Source: a virus. From it: DNA of 54,772 nucleotides. Where the stretch lies: the IMG/VR virus record IMGVR_UViG_3300028430_000584, one strand, 5' to 3'. The translations under genes and the position numbers were made by a program. The notes under the pieces were generated by a model. That model did no database searches. It was not told where the DNA came from and saw only the letters and a list, made by a program, of their open reading frames with translations. This document shows positions 1-9,054 of the stretch, piece by piece (position 1 is the stretch's first letter; each line of letters starts with the position of its first letter).

Positions 1-141
1 GCGGCAAGAGAGGAGAAGGCATGACCGACCGCATGACGTGCCCGCAGTGCCGGTCGGTCAAGATCATCGTTGCCTATTGGAGAGATCCGCCTTCTTCGCT
101 TTGCGCCTGCCGTGACTGTTGTTTAGTATGGAATGAGAGTA
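1..141. repeat. Terminal direct repeat, left copy; identical to 54632-54772 (contig closes on itself)
   Basis: Read directly: gcggcaagagaggagaaggcatgaccgacc...ggaatgagagta occurs at both ends. The repeat starts 20 nt upstream of an ATG and ends inside that ORF. Confidence 0.95.
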
Positions 142-200
142 ACCGACCAAAGAACTTAGACCCGTACACCCGCTGGAAAGAGCATAAGGAGAAGGCATGA
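21..200 (+). CDS. Small zinc-ribbon-like protein (59 aa)
   Basis: ATG preceded by GAGGAGAAGG. Hand translation MTDRMTCPQCRSVKIIVAYWRDPPSSLCACRDCCLVWNES... has two Cys pairs. The stop overlaps the next ATG (ATGA). Confidence 0.6.
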   Translation: MTDRMTCPQCRSVKIIVAYWRDPPSSLCACRDCCLVWNESNRPKNLDPYTRWKEHKEKA

Positions 201-370
201 AGAAGAAGCACCCCAAGCCGCTCACGTCGAAGCAGATCAGAGACAAGGCCGCGAAAAAGTGGAACAACATGGTGGGCCTGTTGCCGACCCACGAGGAAGA
301 GTACAAGGACGGCTACCTCGCGGGCTACCTCGCCGGTCGCAGGGCGGGGCGGAAGGAGGGGAAGAAGTGA
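197..370 (+). CDS. Hypothetical small basic protein (57 aa)
   Basis: ATG preceded by AAGGAGAAGG. Hand translation MKKKHPKPLTSKQIRDKAAKKWNN... ATGA overlap with the upstream gene. Confidence 0.5.
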   Translation: MKKKHPKPLTSKQIRDKAAKKWNNMVGLLPTHEEEYKDGYLAGYLAGRRAGRKEGKK

Positions 371-384
371 AGAACCTCCACACC

Positions 385-765
385 ATGACCACGGCCCAAC
401 TCTGCGACTGGCACGCAGAGCGGGCGGGGTGGTTCGCACCAAAGACCAATCCCGACGCTCCTGCAAACGTCGAATGGACAAAACGGGATCGGCTGGGTCG
501 TCTTCTCTATGGCGGATGGAGCCGTGGACAGGCAACACACCCCTTCCCGCCCACCCTCGACGATGCCGCGTCCGCGATGCCGGAGGGGGTCAGGGCGTGT
601 CTCGTTGAAACTGGGTGCGCATCTGGCATCTGGCTTGAATGGCGAGCCGTGAAGAAAGAGAAATGGGGGTACCGCGTACTTGCCAAGTGCCCCGACACCA
701 ACGACGAAACCCGCGACCGCTACCTTCTGGCAGCGTTGGCGGCGAAGCAGGAGGCTGGCGAATGA
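385..765 (+). CDS. Hypothetical protein (126 aa; alternative GTG start at 367)
   Basis: Part of ORF 259..765 in the track. GGAAGGAGGGG lies upstream of GTG 367. The upstream part of the ORF overlaps 197..370. Confidence 0.55.
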   Translation: MTTAQLCDWHAERAGWFAPKTNPDAPANVEWTKRDRLGRLLYGGWSRGQATHPFPPTLDDAASAMPEGVRACLVETGCASGIWLEWRAVKKEKWGYRVLAKCPDTNDETRDRYLLAALAAKQEAGE

Positions 766-971
766 CCGTCTACACCCGCATCGCTGCGATACTAGACGCA
801 TTCGCCCGTCAGGAGCGGGCAACCGCCACGGACCGCGCCAAGTGCAACCAGCCCGGCCCGTGCGAGGCGTGCGAGCGGGAAACGGTCTACGGCGGCGGCT
901 TGTGTCCGACGTGCTTGGAGTTGGCGGCGGGGGCGTGTAGGAGAGTCGCGTCGATTTCGCCACGAAATTGA
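762..971 (+). CDS. Hypothetical Cys-rich protein (69 aa, CEAC...CPTC)
   Basis: ATG 762 overlaps the previous stop (ATGA). Lies within ORF 639..971. Confidence 0.55.
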   Translation: MTVYTRIAAILDAFARQERATATDRAKCNQPGPCEACERETVYGGGLCPTCLELAAGACRRVASISPRN

Positions 972-1105
972 ACGATGCACGATATCGCCGCGAGTTCGAT
1001 ATATCGTGGCATGAGCAACACACCCAAATCCGACATCGGCCCTCGCATCTCCGACCTCGACGCTCGCATCCGCGAGTGGTTCCACACCCGCCGAAAGGAC
1101 CGCCC

Positions 1106-1540
1106 ATGAACTTCAACGCCCACTTCGTCAGCACCTTCACCTCCCCCAACCCCTTGCTGGCCTGCCACTTTTCCAGCTTCACCCCCGAAGGCGAGTCCCA
1201 GCACTCCTCCATTCACCTCACCCGTTCTTCCCTCGCCGAACTCGCCAGCGTCCTGCCCACCTATCTCGCGTTCATGGACGACGTCGCCTTCCTTCAGACC
1301 CACAAGGCTCTCCTGTGTCCCGAAGACCTCGCCGCCATATCAACGATCCTCAACTACTCGGTCCTCAAGACACCCCGCGACCTCCGTGCCTCCCTGCTAC
1401 CTTTCTTGACGTCGGTGCGTGCTCGCCTCTCGGACACCAACGCGGCCTCTTCCACGCCACCTACGTCATCAACGGAGACTACTACCGTTCCGCCGTCGCC
1501 CCCTGCCCCATCCTCGCCGTTGCCCTCTGCCTCGAACTGA
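1106..1540 (+). CDS. Hypothetical protein (144 aa)
   Basis: ATG 1106 is preceded by GAAAGGA. Within ORF 968..1540. First gene of the C-rich, G-poor domain. Confidence 0.5.
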   Translation: MNFNAHFVSTFTSPNPLLACHFSSFTPEGESQHSSIHLTRSSLAELASVLPTYLAFMDDVAFLQTHKALLCPEDLAAISTILNYSVLKTPRDLRASLLPFLTSVRARLSDTNAASSTPPTSSTETTTVPPSPPAPSSPLPSASN

Positions 1541-1580
1541 CCCTCCTCGAACCCAACCTCCTCTCTCTGCTGGACTTCAC

Positions 1581-3692
1581 ATGGTCCTCTCCATCGACTG
1601 CGAAACCAGCTCAGCCTTTGAGCGAGACGCTTTCAACCGCCCCCTCCCCCATTCCGACCACTTCCACCCCGCCCGCATCCACGGCCAATCCGGCATCAGC
1701 ACCCTCGCCCGTGCCGTCCCCCTCATCTCCGTCACCCTCGTTCGCGCTGATCCAGCCCCCGGCTACGAGTGGCTCGCCAGCATCGAGCCCATCGACACCC
1801 GCCTCTTCCTTCTCCACAATCCCACCCACGTTCGCTGGCTCCGCGAGTGGCTCTCCCGTGCCACCCACCTCCTCGGTCACAACATCAACTACGACCGCTC
1901 CTTCCTCCGCTACTTCGGACTCCGCTCCTGCCTGCCCCTCGGCATTCCCATCATCGACACCACCATCCTCAACTACCTCGACAACGACGCTCGCCCCGAA
2001 CGCTCTCTCAAGGACCTCGGCCCTGTCTTCAACATCTATTCCTACTCCGACTCCACTCTTCGTTCCGGCTCCCGCTTCCCTTCTCCTCACTCGCCTGAAG
2101 CTCAACACTACTGCGCCCAAGACTCCCACAACGTTGTCCTCCTCGCTCGCGCCCTCACCCGTTCCATCATCTCCAAGCATGGCCCCTCTTCCCCCAAACT
2201 CTCAGCATCTGCCGCCTCCTTCTACTCCGCCACCCTCGACATCGCCCTCACCTTCATCGAGTCCGGCATACCCCTCTCTGCCTCCGCCCTCTCCTCCACC
2301 CTCTCCGACCACCTCACTCGGGCCGACGCAGCCGCTGCCGCCACCCTCACCCACGGCCTAACCCTCAATGGCGAAGGCTCTACCGCTTCCCGCCAATCCT
2401 TCATCGACCGAGCCATCGACGAGATCGACTCCTCTCCTGACATCCTTTCCTCTCTCAACCTCCCCACCATCCTCTCTCACCGTCTCATCAACCGCACTGG
2501 CACCGGCAAAGTCTCCACCGACGACAACAACCGCACCCTCCTCCTCTCCCTCCTCTCTCCCACTTCGCCACTCCGTCCCGCTTTCACCGAGTGGACCTCC
2601 TGCTCCCGCCTCAACAAAGTCATCTCCACCTACCTCTACCCCCTCCTCCACGGCTCACGCAACCCACGCTCCGACGGCTCGCGCGACACCACTTCCGTCG
2701 CTATCAAACCCCCCACTCAAGGTGTGTTTGCTGGGGGCTATGACCCGGACGTTCTGCTCGCCTATCCCTCCATCTTCGTCACCCCTTCGCAGGAGGGCAA
2801 AGACTCGACAGCAGGTGACAGCGGCGGTCAGTCCCAAGTCCGGCTCTCCTTCAAGAAGCCCGCCGCCCAGACCTTCCCGCCCGTCGTCAAGAAGTGCCTC
2901 CGCTCCCGCTACCGTGGCGGCTCCATCGTCTCGCACGACCTCTCCCAGATTGAGCTTCGCGTGCCCGGCGTGCTCTCTGGTGAGCCCACCCTCATCACCG
3001 AGTACCAGCTTCCCAAGCCGGACCTCCACACCAAACGCGCGGTCTTCGTCTTCGGCCCTTCCATCCTGTCCTCACCCGACTTCAAGTGCGGCGACATGCG
3101 CAAGGACCCTCGCCAGTGGGCCAAGAAGCTGAACTTCTCCGACCTCTACTGGGCGTTCGCCAAGCGGATGCAAGCCTCCATGCTCAAGGACACAGGCCGT
3201 CTCTTCCCCTTCGACTTCTTCCTCTCCATTGTCCGCTCCCGCCCCACCCTCCGCCCCGTTCTCTACGATTGGCAGTGCCGCCTCATCGCCGACACCCGCC
3301 GTCTTGGCCACATCACCCTGCCCTTCACCGGCGCAGGCCGCTCCTTCACCGACTTCGATCCCACTAACGAAGACCAAGCCTACATCACCTCCGAAGTCCT
3401 AAACTGCCCCATCCAAACGACAGCTGCCACCGTCCAGCGAGCCATCGAACATGCAGCACTCTCATCCAAAGAAGCCCGCTCCCTCCTCTCTCACGGACTC
3501 ATCGCTCCCTTCCTCGATGTCCACGACGCTTGCTACACCGACTGCCACCCCTCAGCCCTCTCGGCCTACCTCGCCCTCTATCAAGATGCGGTTGAACGCA
3601 TTGCGACTACGGGCTATTGGTCCCACATCTGCGAGCACTACGGACACTACGTCCCTCTCGTTGCCGAATGCACCATCCACGCCTCCACCTGA
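1581..3692 (+). CDS. Family A DNA polymerase with N-terminal 3'-5' exonuclease
   Basis: The translation shows Exo I-like LSIDCETS, Exo II-like LLGHNINYD, motif A DLSQIELRV, motif B RQWAKKLNFSDLYW and motif C VHDA. Start placed at ATG 1581, the first ATG after the upstream stop at 1540. Confidence 0.9.
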   Translation: MVLSIDCETSSAFERDAFNRPLPHSDHFHPARIHGQSGISTLARAVPLISVTLVRADPAPGYEWLASIEPIDTRLFLLHNPTHVRWLREWLSRATHLLGHNINYDRSFLRYFGLRSCLPLGIPIIDTTILNYLDNDARPERSLKDLGPVFNIYSYSDSTLRSGSRFPSPHSPEAQHYCAQDSHNVVLLARALTRSIISKHGPSSPKLSASAASFYSATLDIALTFIESGIPLSASALSSTLSDHLTRADAAAAATLTHGLTLNGEGSTASRQSFIDRAIDEIDSSPDILSSLNLPTILSHRLINRTGTGKVSTDDNNRTLLLSLLSPTSPLRPAFTEWTSCSRLNKVISTYLYPLLHGSRNPRSDGSRDTTSVAIKPPTQGVFAGGYDPDVLLAYPSIFVTPSQEGKDSTAGDSGGQSQVRLSFKKPAAQTFPPVVKKCLRSRYRGGSIVSHDLSQIELRVPGVLSGEPTLITEYQLPKPDLHTKRAVFVFGPSILSSPDFKCGDMRKDPRQWAKKLNFSDLYWAFAKRMQASMLKDTGRLFPFDFFLSIVRSRPTLRPVLYDWQCRLIADTRRLGHITLPFTGAGRSFTDFDPTNEDQAYITSEVLNCPIQTTAATVQRAIEHAALSSKEARSLLSHGLIAPFLDVHDACYTDCHPSALSAYLALYQDAVERIATTGYWSHICEHYGHYVPLVAECTIHAST
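2709..2724 (+). repeat. Dispersed repeat copy CCCCCCACTCAAGGTG
   Basis: Inside the DNA polymerase ORF, read as PPTQG. Confidence 0.95.
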
Positions 3693-4515
3693 CTTCTCCC
3701 ACAAGCCCCAGACCACCTACATCAACCAGCAATTCGGTCCCTTCGTCGTTCTCTCTTTCCACGCCCGCCATCTCAACAACAACTTCTTCAACGTCCGGGC
3801 CACCTGCTGCGGCACCATCCTCGTCCGCTCCGCCTCCTCCCTCTGCATCGCACGCCGTAACAACCGGCTCCGCTGCTCCTCCTGCTACGACAACAACCGC
3901 ACCCTCCTCGCCGCCTCCTCCTCAGAAGACCCCGACAGCCCACCTCCTCGCGTCTCTCGCATCACCTCCTCTCGCCGACGTCGCTCCAAGATCCCCCTCA
4001 TCGCCGCCACCCTCTCGCTCAAGGTTCAAGCGGTCTACTATCGGATCAGGCAGTACGGTCTCAAGTTCGTGCTCTCTCAATACGAAGCCGCCCTTGCCAA
4101 CCAGCCGATTCCCCCTATTCCCTACAAGCGACAACGCCCATGCCAGCCGAGCACACCATCCTCATCGACTCGCGTGAGCAGCACCCGCTCCCCCTCCCCT
4201 CCACGATCCACACAATCTCCGGCTCACGCTCGTCCGAAGGTCGGGTCATCCGCATCCACAAACTCGTTCGCACGCTTCCGACCGGGGATTACTCGCTCTC
4301 CTGTGCCGCTCCCCGCTGCATCATCGAGCGAAAAGGCTCCCCCTCCGAACTCTGCAAGAACCTCCTCACTGACGACCGAGCCCGAACCCTCGCCGCTTTC
4401 GACCGTCTCTCCGCCTTTCCCGTCCCCATCCTCCTCCTCGAATGCAACTCTTCCATCCTCTTCAAGCCAGCCGCTCCTTGGACCCACAACCCCGGCCCCG
4501 CCTTCGACCACCTAA
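3586..4515 (+). CDS. Hypothetical protein with a Cys cluster; long low-complexity read-through tail
   Basis: Frame of ORF 3451..4515. The plausible domain is YINQQFGPFVVLSF...CCGTILVRS...RLRCSSCY...LKVQAVYYRIRQYGL, ending near 4140. The nearest in-frame ATG is 3586, inside the polymerase gene. The first stop is at 4515. Confidence 0.35.
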   Translation: MRLNALRLRAIGPTSASTTDTTSLSLPNAPSTPPPDFSHKPQTTYINQQFGPFVVLSFHARHLNNNFFNVRATCCGTILVRSASSLCIARRNNRLRCSSCYDNNRTLLAASSSEDPDSPPPRVSRITSSRRRRSKIPLIAATLSLKVQAVYYRIRQYGLKFVLSQYEAALANQPIPPIPYKRQRPCQPSTPSSSTRVSSTRSPSPPRSTQSPAHARPKVGSSASTNSFARFRPGITRSPVPLPAASSSEKAPPPNSARTSSLTTEPEPSPLSTVSPPFPSPSSSSNATLPSSSSQPLLGPTTPAPPSTT

Positions 4516-4805
4516 TCCATGAACTCTCAACTCGCCGCATCTCCCTCTTCTTCATCGACACCAAGTCCGACGCAGGACGCAAGGCCGCAGGCGAACTCGT
4601 TGTCCGCCTCCTTCTCCTGCACCAGTACCCCCCACTCAAGGAGTTTGTATGCCCAAGCGACGTGCTCGTGACCAGCCCGCTGTCAACCTCGCCTACGCCA
4701 CAACCGCCGAACTCATCCGAGAACTCCGATCCCGGTCTCTCGACTTCGCCTGCTTCGTCAGTTCTCCCTACAAGTTCACCGGCTTCACCACCTCAGATGA
4801 GGTGA
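4140..4805 (+). CDS. ERCC4 (XPF/Mus81)-type nuclease domain protein
   Basis: ILIDSREQ ... LPTGDY ... IIERKGSPSEL matches the D-x-R-E / GDY / ERK pattern of ERCC4-family nucleases. The last ~52 aa are S/P-rich and overlap the next gene. Confidence 0.6.
   Translation: MPAEHTILIDSREQHPLPLPSTIHTISGSRSSEGRVIRIHKLVRTLPTGDYSLSCAAPRCIIERKGSPSELCKNLLTDDRARTLAAFDRLSAFPVPILLLECNSSILFKPAAPWTHNPGPAFDHLIHELSTRRISLFFIDTKSDAGRKAAGELVVRLLLLHQYPPLKEFVCPSDVLVTSPLSTSPTPQPPNSSENSDPGLSTSPASSVLPTSSPASPPQMR
4628..4643 (+). repeat. Dispersed repeat copy CCCCCCACTCAAGGAG
   Basis: 5 nt upstream of ATG 4649. Confidence 0.95.
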
Positions 4806-4918
4806 AGTTTCTCATCCACGTCCCCATCAACCGTCCCAACTTCCTCATCACCGTCCGTTCCCTTCTCGACTCCCACTCCCCCAACCCCGAAAGCACCTCC
4901 AATGACCACCCCCTCTGA
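4649..4918 (+). CDS. Hypothetical protein (89 aa)
   Basis: The ATG lies 5 nt after repeat copy CCCCCCACTCAAGGAG, which supplies the AAGGAG Shine-Dalgarno. Non-repetitive translation. Confidence 0.5.
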   Translation: MPKRRARDQPAVNLAYATTAELIRELRSRSLDFACFVSSPYKFTGFTTSDEVKFLIHVPINRPNFLITVRSLLDSHSPNPESTSNDHPL

Positions 4919-5444
4919 CTCCATCTTCTCCCAGCTCCCCTCTTACCTCCTCGACTCCATCCGCAATCATCGCCTCCACCTCGCTCACAACGAGACCACC
5001 CACTTGAAGGACGCGACTCGCATCCTCCAACTCGCCCTCGCCAGCGACAACTCCCCTGCCTACCGCGCCGCCTTCCTCAACACCATCCTCAACATCCTCC
5101 GTTCAACCCACGATGAGGCCCGAGCGCAAACCAGCAACAGCTACGAACTCGCAGCCTCAATCAAGACCCACCTCCCCTCCGCACCCTCGCATGACACCTA
5201 TGTACCCATCGCTCCCAACTCCAGCGTCCACACCCGCCTCTCGGGTGCTCCTTGCGGCGACTACCTCACATCACCTCGTCTGATCGACAGCTGGTTCAAC
5301 AACCTCGGCGGCGAGCTGTACATCGAGTCCACTCCACCGTCCTGCACAGCGTCCTGTGACTGCGGCCCATCCGGCTCTGCCATCCGCGAGATCAAGCCCG
5401 TCCGCCTCTCCATCCCCAACAACGGCGATGACGACGACCTCTGA
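4902..5444 (+). CDS. Hypothetical protein (180 aa)
   Basis: ORF track. Varied composition. Ends in an acidic DDDDL tail. Confidence 0.5.
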   Translation: MTTPSDSIFSQLPSYLLDSIRNHRLHLAHNETTHLKDATRILQLALASDNSPAYRAAFLNTILNILRSTHDEARAQTSNSYELAASIKTHLPSAPSHDTYVPIAPNSSVHTRLSGAPCGDYLTSPRLIDSWFNNLGGELYIESTPPSCTASCDCGPSGSAIREIKPVRLSIPNNGDDDDL

Positions 5445-5462
5445 TCCCTCCGATCCAACTCG

Positions 5463-5849
5463 ATGCACCCGCACGCCGCACACCGCGTCGCGCGGGCTTC
5501 CCCCCTAGGAACCCCACCCGTGAAGATCACTGACATCTACTTCCACGACGGTACCACTCCCGTAGCCGCCCACGAAGGCCCCGTCTTCCTCATCCGCACC
5601 AACTGGGCGAGCCCCGCAGAAGTTCAGGAGTGCGACGACTGGTACGTCTGCCCCGAGCACGGCTTGATCGCCTACCGCTCTTACAAGGGCGAGGGTGACG
5701 TTATCCTCGGGTTGTGGAACAGCGAAACAGAGGACTTCGAGCCTGTCTTTGAGGCTACCCGGCAGAACGGTCGCCTCATCTGCCTCGGCCTGTGGCCTAC
5801 CCGTCAAGCCGCCCAAACCTACCTCGACACCTGCCAGCCTCGACCTTGA
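5463..5849 (+). CDS. Hypothetical protein (128 aa)
   Basis: ORF track. Its stop codon lies inside a reverse copy of the dispersed repeat. Confidence 0.45.
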   Translation: MHPHAAHRVARASPLGTPPVKITDIYFHDGTTPVAAHEGPVFLIRTNWASPAEVQECDDWYVCPEHGLIAYRSYKGEGDVILGLWNSETEDFEPVFEATRQNGRLICLGLWPTRQAAQTYLDTCQPRP

Positions 5850-5857
5850 GTGGGGGG
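5842..5857 (-). repeat. Dispersed repeat copy (reverse; CCCCCCACTCAAGGTC on the minus strand)
   Basis: Contains the TGA stop of 5463..5849. Confidence 0.95.
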
Positions 5858-5899
5858 TCTGGTGGTGTGCTATGATGAGGCACTCATCGGAGGCAGCAC

Positions 5900-6517
5900 A
5901 TGGCACGCGAACTCTCAAACGTCATCCCCCAGCTCAACGACCAGTTTGCCACCATCAAGTCGGGAACTTCGGGTTCTCCCTTGTTTGTGCTGCACGCTGA
6001 TGCAAAGCAGGTGACGACCCTGCCCCGCAACCCCTACGCCACGATCACCTCCACTGCTGCGGCTGACATGGTGTGCTGCCCCTCCGTCGTGAACACGGGA
6101 GCCAACTTCCTCGACCTCTACCACCTCTACCGGGGTGCGGATGGTACGGCCCCCTTCGTCCGAGTTTACGGCTGGGTGCCCTTCGTCACGTCCCGCGACG
6201 CGAACGCCAACCTCCCCGTCACTCTCTCTTCGGCGTTCCCTGCTCTCAGCGGCATGTGGATTCCCTTGCAAGAGCACCTGACCGACGCGCTGCTCGTGAC
6301 GTTTGATTCGTCCGCTGCTGTCGATCAGGCGATCACGAACAACACGCCTCCTATTGACGTACCTACGCTGCCCACTCCCGGTGCTACGAGCATCGCCTTC
6401 AAGCTCACCGCTCGCCGTTCCTTCTTCCTTTCCGGTGCCACCCGCGTCCTCGTCACCGTTCAGACGGCTTCGACGGTCGGCAACGAGTCGATGGTGGTTG
6501 GCCGCTTCGTCTGCTAA
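5900..6517 (+). CDS. Hypothetical protein (205 aa), possibly virion-associated
   Basis: ORF track. Immediately upstream of the tailspike gene. Confidence 0.45.
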   Translation: MARELSNVIPQLNDQFATIKSGTSGSPLFVLHADAKQVTTLPRNPYATITSTAAADMVCCPSVVNTGANFLDLYHLYRGADGTAPFVRVYGWVPFVTSRDANANLPVTLSSAFPALSGMWIPLQEHLTDALLVTFDSSAAVDQAITNNTPPIDVPTLPTPGATSIAFKLTARRSFFLSGATRVLVTVQTASTVGNESMVVGRFVC

Positions 6518-6538
6518 TCTCCCTACTTGGAGTGTGTC

Positions 6539-8692
6539 ATGGGGTTCATCATCAACTCGCTTGGCCCGAAGCCTGCTCCCCGTTCCGCTGGTGAGAACGA
6601 GTGGGTCGAGTCCAGCATCCAACTCATGCGCAGCGCGGTCGGCTCCACCCGCACTAACCGCTGGTTCATTGCCCAGTCCGGCTCCGGCAGCGCAACCGGC
6701 GGCAGCGGTGCAGGTACATTTGCCAGCCCGTTTCTGGTGCGGCACCTTGCCGACCTCCGCTCGTTGATGGTCAACAACTCCTTTGTTCCGCAAGTGGCGA
6801 ACACCGAGATTCTGCTCCGTTCGGGCGACGTGTTCCGTCCTGACACCGGCAACATCGCCAACTCGTGGCTTGTCTTCCCCTCCCTGCCCAACTGGACACT
6901 CAACACCTACTCCCGAACCTACACCGCAGACACCAGCAGCAACGGCAGACTCGCCCGTTCCGCCCTGTTGCTCGGCTCCATTCAAGTCGGCTCTGGCGGC
7001 TGGACCGCCGACGGGACTTACACCAATCTTCAGTTTCGCGCCGTTACCCAGACCGTCTACCACGTCTGGTACTCGCACCTCGACCCCATCGACGGCCTCG
7101 CCTTCGGCCTCTCGCCCAACACCTTCCGCTGGTATGGGCGGCTGCCTGTCGGTGCCAACCTCACCACCGCACTGACGGCGATGAATAATGCTCCTACTCA
7201 GGACTCCGCCGTTTACGACACGACCAACCAGCGGCTCTATGTGAGGTTCCGCACGGGTCGTACGAACGCCGCTACCGACGCGATCCTCGAAGCCTCTATC
7301 TCTCAGAATGCGGGTGTTGAACTGGGACTTGCGGACAATCACTGCATCCGCAACATCGCCGCCGTCGGCTTCGGTATGGACGCAGACAACGGCGTGAAGC
7401 AGCGGTACTGCATTCACGTCTCGTGCAGCGGCACGCAGAAAGCAGTTGTTGAGAACTGCGTCACTGCCTACTCAGGGCACCACGCTATTGGCCACTTGCA
7501 GACGAGCGGTGGTGGTGGCTCGGTCCTGTTCCACAACTGCGTCATCGGCTTCTGTCAGGGGGATACGGGAGGCAACTCCACGCCTCACGTCTCCTACTCA
7601 AACAACGGCGGGCACGAGGGTATCGTCAGCTACTGCCAGTTTCCCTTCGGCAACATCCGCTCGGTCAATGCAGGGCCTTCCGGTTCCGGCACCTCACTCA
7701 CAACAGGAACCGCGACCGGCCACTGCAACATGATCTACGGCCACTCGGGAGCATCTGGTGCCCCCTTCGACTTGCTCATCGGCTACCGTTGCACCGTAGC
7801 CCAAGACGCGGTGAACGACGGAGGCTCCACGGTCTTCCTCGGAAGTGGTGAGGCTCGCGGTGTGAACGCCCGCCCTGACCACGAGGCCGAAGCTACGTGG
7901 CAACGCTGCGTCTTCATCGAGTGCTCCATCCCGGACGGCCCCCTCTCCTTCGCATCTGGGCTGGGTGTCGATTGCTGCTACAGCGGTTGCGACATCAACA
8001 TCTCCACCAACCCCGCAAACGACCTGCTTTTCAACGCACAGGCTGACGCGGACCCGTTACCTGCCAATACCAACAACATCCTGTTTGTTGGCTCACGACT
8101 TCAGATGAGCAGCCGCCGCCTGTTCACTTCTGCCATCCAAAACAACCGCTTCATCGGCGGCTGTTTTTCTGTGGGCGACAACAAGGCTCAGACCAGCGTG
8201 TTCATCGGTTTTGCGAACTGCGACATCATCCTCGACGGGCGAGCCAATCACTTCTTCGAGTTGTTCGGCAGGTTCCGTACCACGCAAACCACCCGCTCTT
8301 TCCTGCTCAACACCGCCTTTTCTGTCGTCAACCAGCGTGACGAAAACCCCGCCCAGAACATGCTCGGCCTCACCAACCGTAACATCGTCGGGGGCGATAC
8401 GGGCGGTGCCCGAGGCTGCGCCTTCTTCGGCATCCGCGAAATCGACACCGTCGACTTCTTGGGCTACAACCTCACCGGCTCGCCCACTACCCTCTCTGCT
8501 CCCTTCGGTCCCAACACCATCATTCCCGCAGCCGAGCCCCATCTTCCGTGGCTTCGCCCCCAAGTCAACCTTTACGGCGACCCGTTCCCTGTGAACGTGG
8601 TCGGCCCCTACGGCAGCAACTTCCCTTCTCGTCCGAGCACCCGCTTCCGCACCTTCAATCGTCCTACCAACACGCCCTTCTCTCGGAGCTGA
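6539..8692 (+). CDS. Tailspike / depolymerase-like protein with a right-handed beta-helix
   Basis: Repetitive N/G/C-rich turns (NCVTAYSGHHAIGH, FHNCVIGFCQGDTGGN, GIVSYCQFPFGN, CVFIECSIPDG, CCYSGCDINIS) are typical of pectate-lyase-fold spikes. ATG 6539 has GGAG 6 nt upstream. Confidence 0.6.
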   Translation: MGFIINSLGPKPAPRSAGENEWVESSIQLMRSAVGSTRTNRWFIAQSGSGSATGGSGAGTFASPFLVRHLADLRSLMVNNSFVPQVANTEILLRSGDVFRPDTGNIANSWLVFPSLPNWTLNTYSRTYTADTSSNGRLARSALLLGSIQVGSGGWTADGTYTNLQFRAVTQTVYHVWYSHLDPIDGLAFGLSPNTFRWYGRLPVGANLTTALTAMNNAPTQDSAVYDTTNQRLYVRFRTGRTNAATDAILEASISQNAGVELGLADNHCIRNIAAVGFGMDADNGVKQRYCIHVSCSGTQKAVVENCVTAYSGHHAIGHLQTSGGGGSVLFHNCVIGFCQGDTGGNSTPHVSYSNNGGHEGIVSYCQFPFGNIRSVNAGPSGSGTSLTTGTATGHCNMIYGHSGASGAPFDLLIGYRCTVAQDAVNDGGSTVFLGSGEARGVNARPDHEAEATWQRCVFIECSIPDGPLSFASGLGVDCCYSGCDINISTNPANDLLFNAQADADPLPANTNNILFVGSRLQMSSRRLFTSAIQNNRFIGGCFSVGDNKAQTSVFIGFANCDIILDGRANHFFELFGRFRTTQTTRSFLLNTAFSVVNQRDENPAQNMLGLTNRNIVGGDTGGARGCAFFGIREIDTVDFLGYNLTGSPTTLSAPFGPNTIIPAAEPHLPWLRPQVNLYGDPFPVNVVGPYGSNFPSRPSTRFRTFNRPTNTPFSRS

Positions 8693-8695
8693 TCT

Positions 8696-9043
8696 ATGTT
8701 GTTCTTGGCGGCTGACCTCCCTTCCGTCTCTTCCCTCGTCAGTGGGTACGGCCCCTACGGCTTTGGGCTGGCCTGCGTTGTGGTGGTGGTGTTTGTCATG
8801 CTGCACTTCTTCAAGGCAACAATGCTGGCCGTCAAAGAGATCAACCGCGAAGCCCGCGAGCAGCGTGAACGCGACATCGAAACCGCCGTCACCGGAGTCA
8901 TGAACTCCGTACACGACCCGATCAAGCAGATCACCAGCGAACTCCGCCTGATCGCCGAGCTGAACCGTGTCACTGCGACCACACTTGAACGTACCGTGTC
9001 TCGATTGGAGCGTTCCAACGAGACTTCCCGTCCCTCAGAGTGA
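8696..9043 (+). CDS. Membrane-anchored coiled-coil protein (115 aa)
   Basis: N-terminal hydrophobic segment GLACVVVVVFVMLHFF, then a charged helical region. Adjacent to the lysis genes. Confidence 0.45.
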   Translation: MLFLAADLPSVSSLVSGYGPYGFGLACVVVVVFVMLHFFKATMLAVKEINREAREQRERDIETAVTGVMNSVHDPIKQITSELRLIAELNRVTATTLERTVSRLERSNETSRPSE

Positions 9044-9054
9044 AAGGCACTCCC

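Noticed and set aside
1-141. The terminal repeat as a genuine T7-like direct terminal repeat.
   Set aside because: It cuts through a coding sequence and has no non-coding context. An assembly overlap is the simpler explanation. It cannot be excluded without reads.
1011-1109. A 32-codon ORF (MSNTPKSDIGPRISDLDARIREWFHTRRKDRP) with ATGA coupling to 1106..1540.
   Set aside because: It has no ribosome binding site and is too short to support. Recorded as possible but not annotated.
1419-1580. An upstream extension of the DNA polymerase ORF (start at 1419).
   Set aside because: The extension is Arg/Pro-rich, overlaps 1106..1540 out of frame, and precedes the Exo I motif, which lies right after ATG 1581.
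5915-7417. A 500-aa ORF antisense to the tailspike gene. Similar long antisense or alternative-frame ORFs occur at 17181..18830, 21536..23269, 25970..26854, 40180..40995, 46657..47640, 48942..50789 and 1315..2361.
   Set aside because: Their translations are low-complexity and rich in Arg, Gly, Pro and Ser. They overlap ORFs with recognisable motifs or sensible composition. They are the expected by-product of high GC and stop-codon-poor skewed strands.
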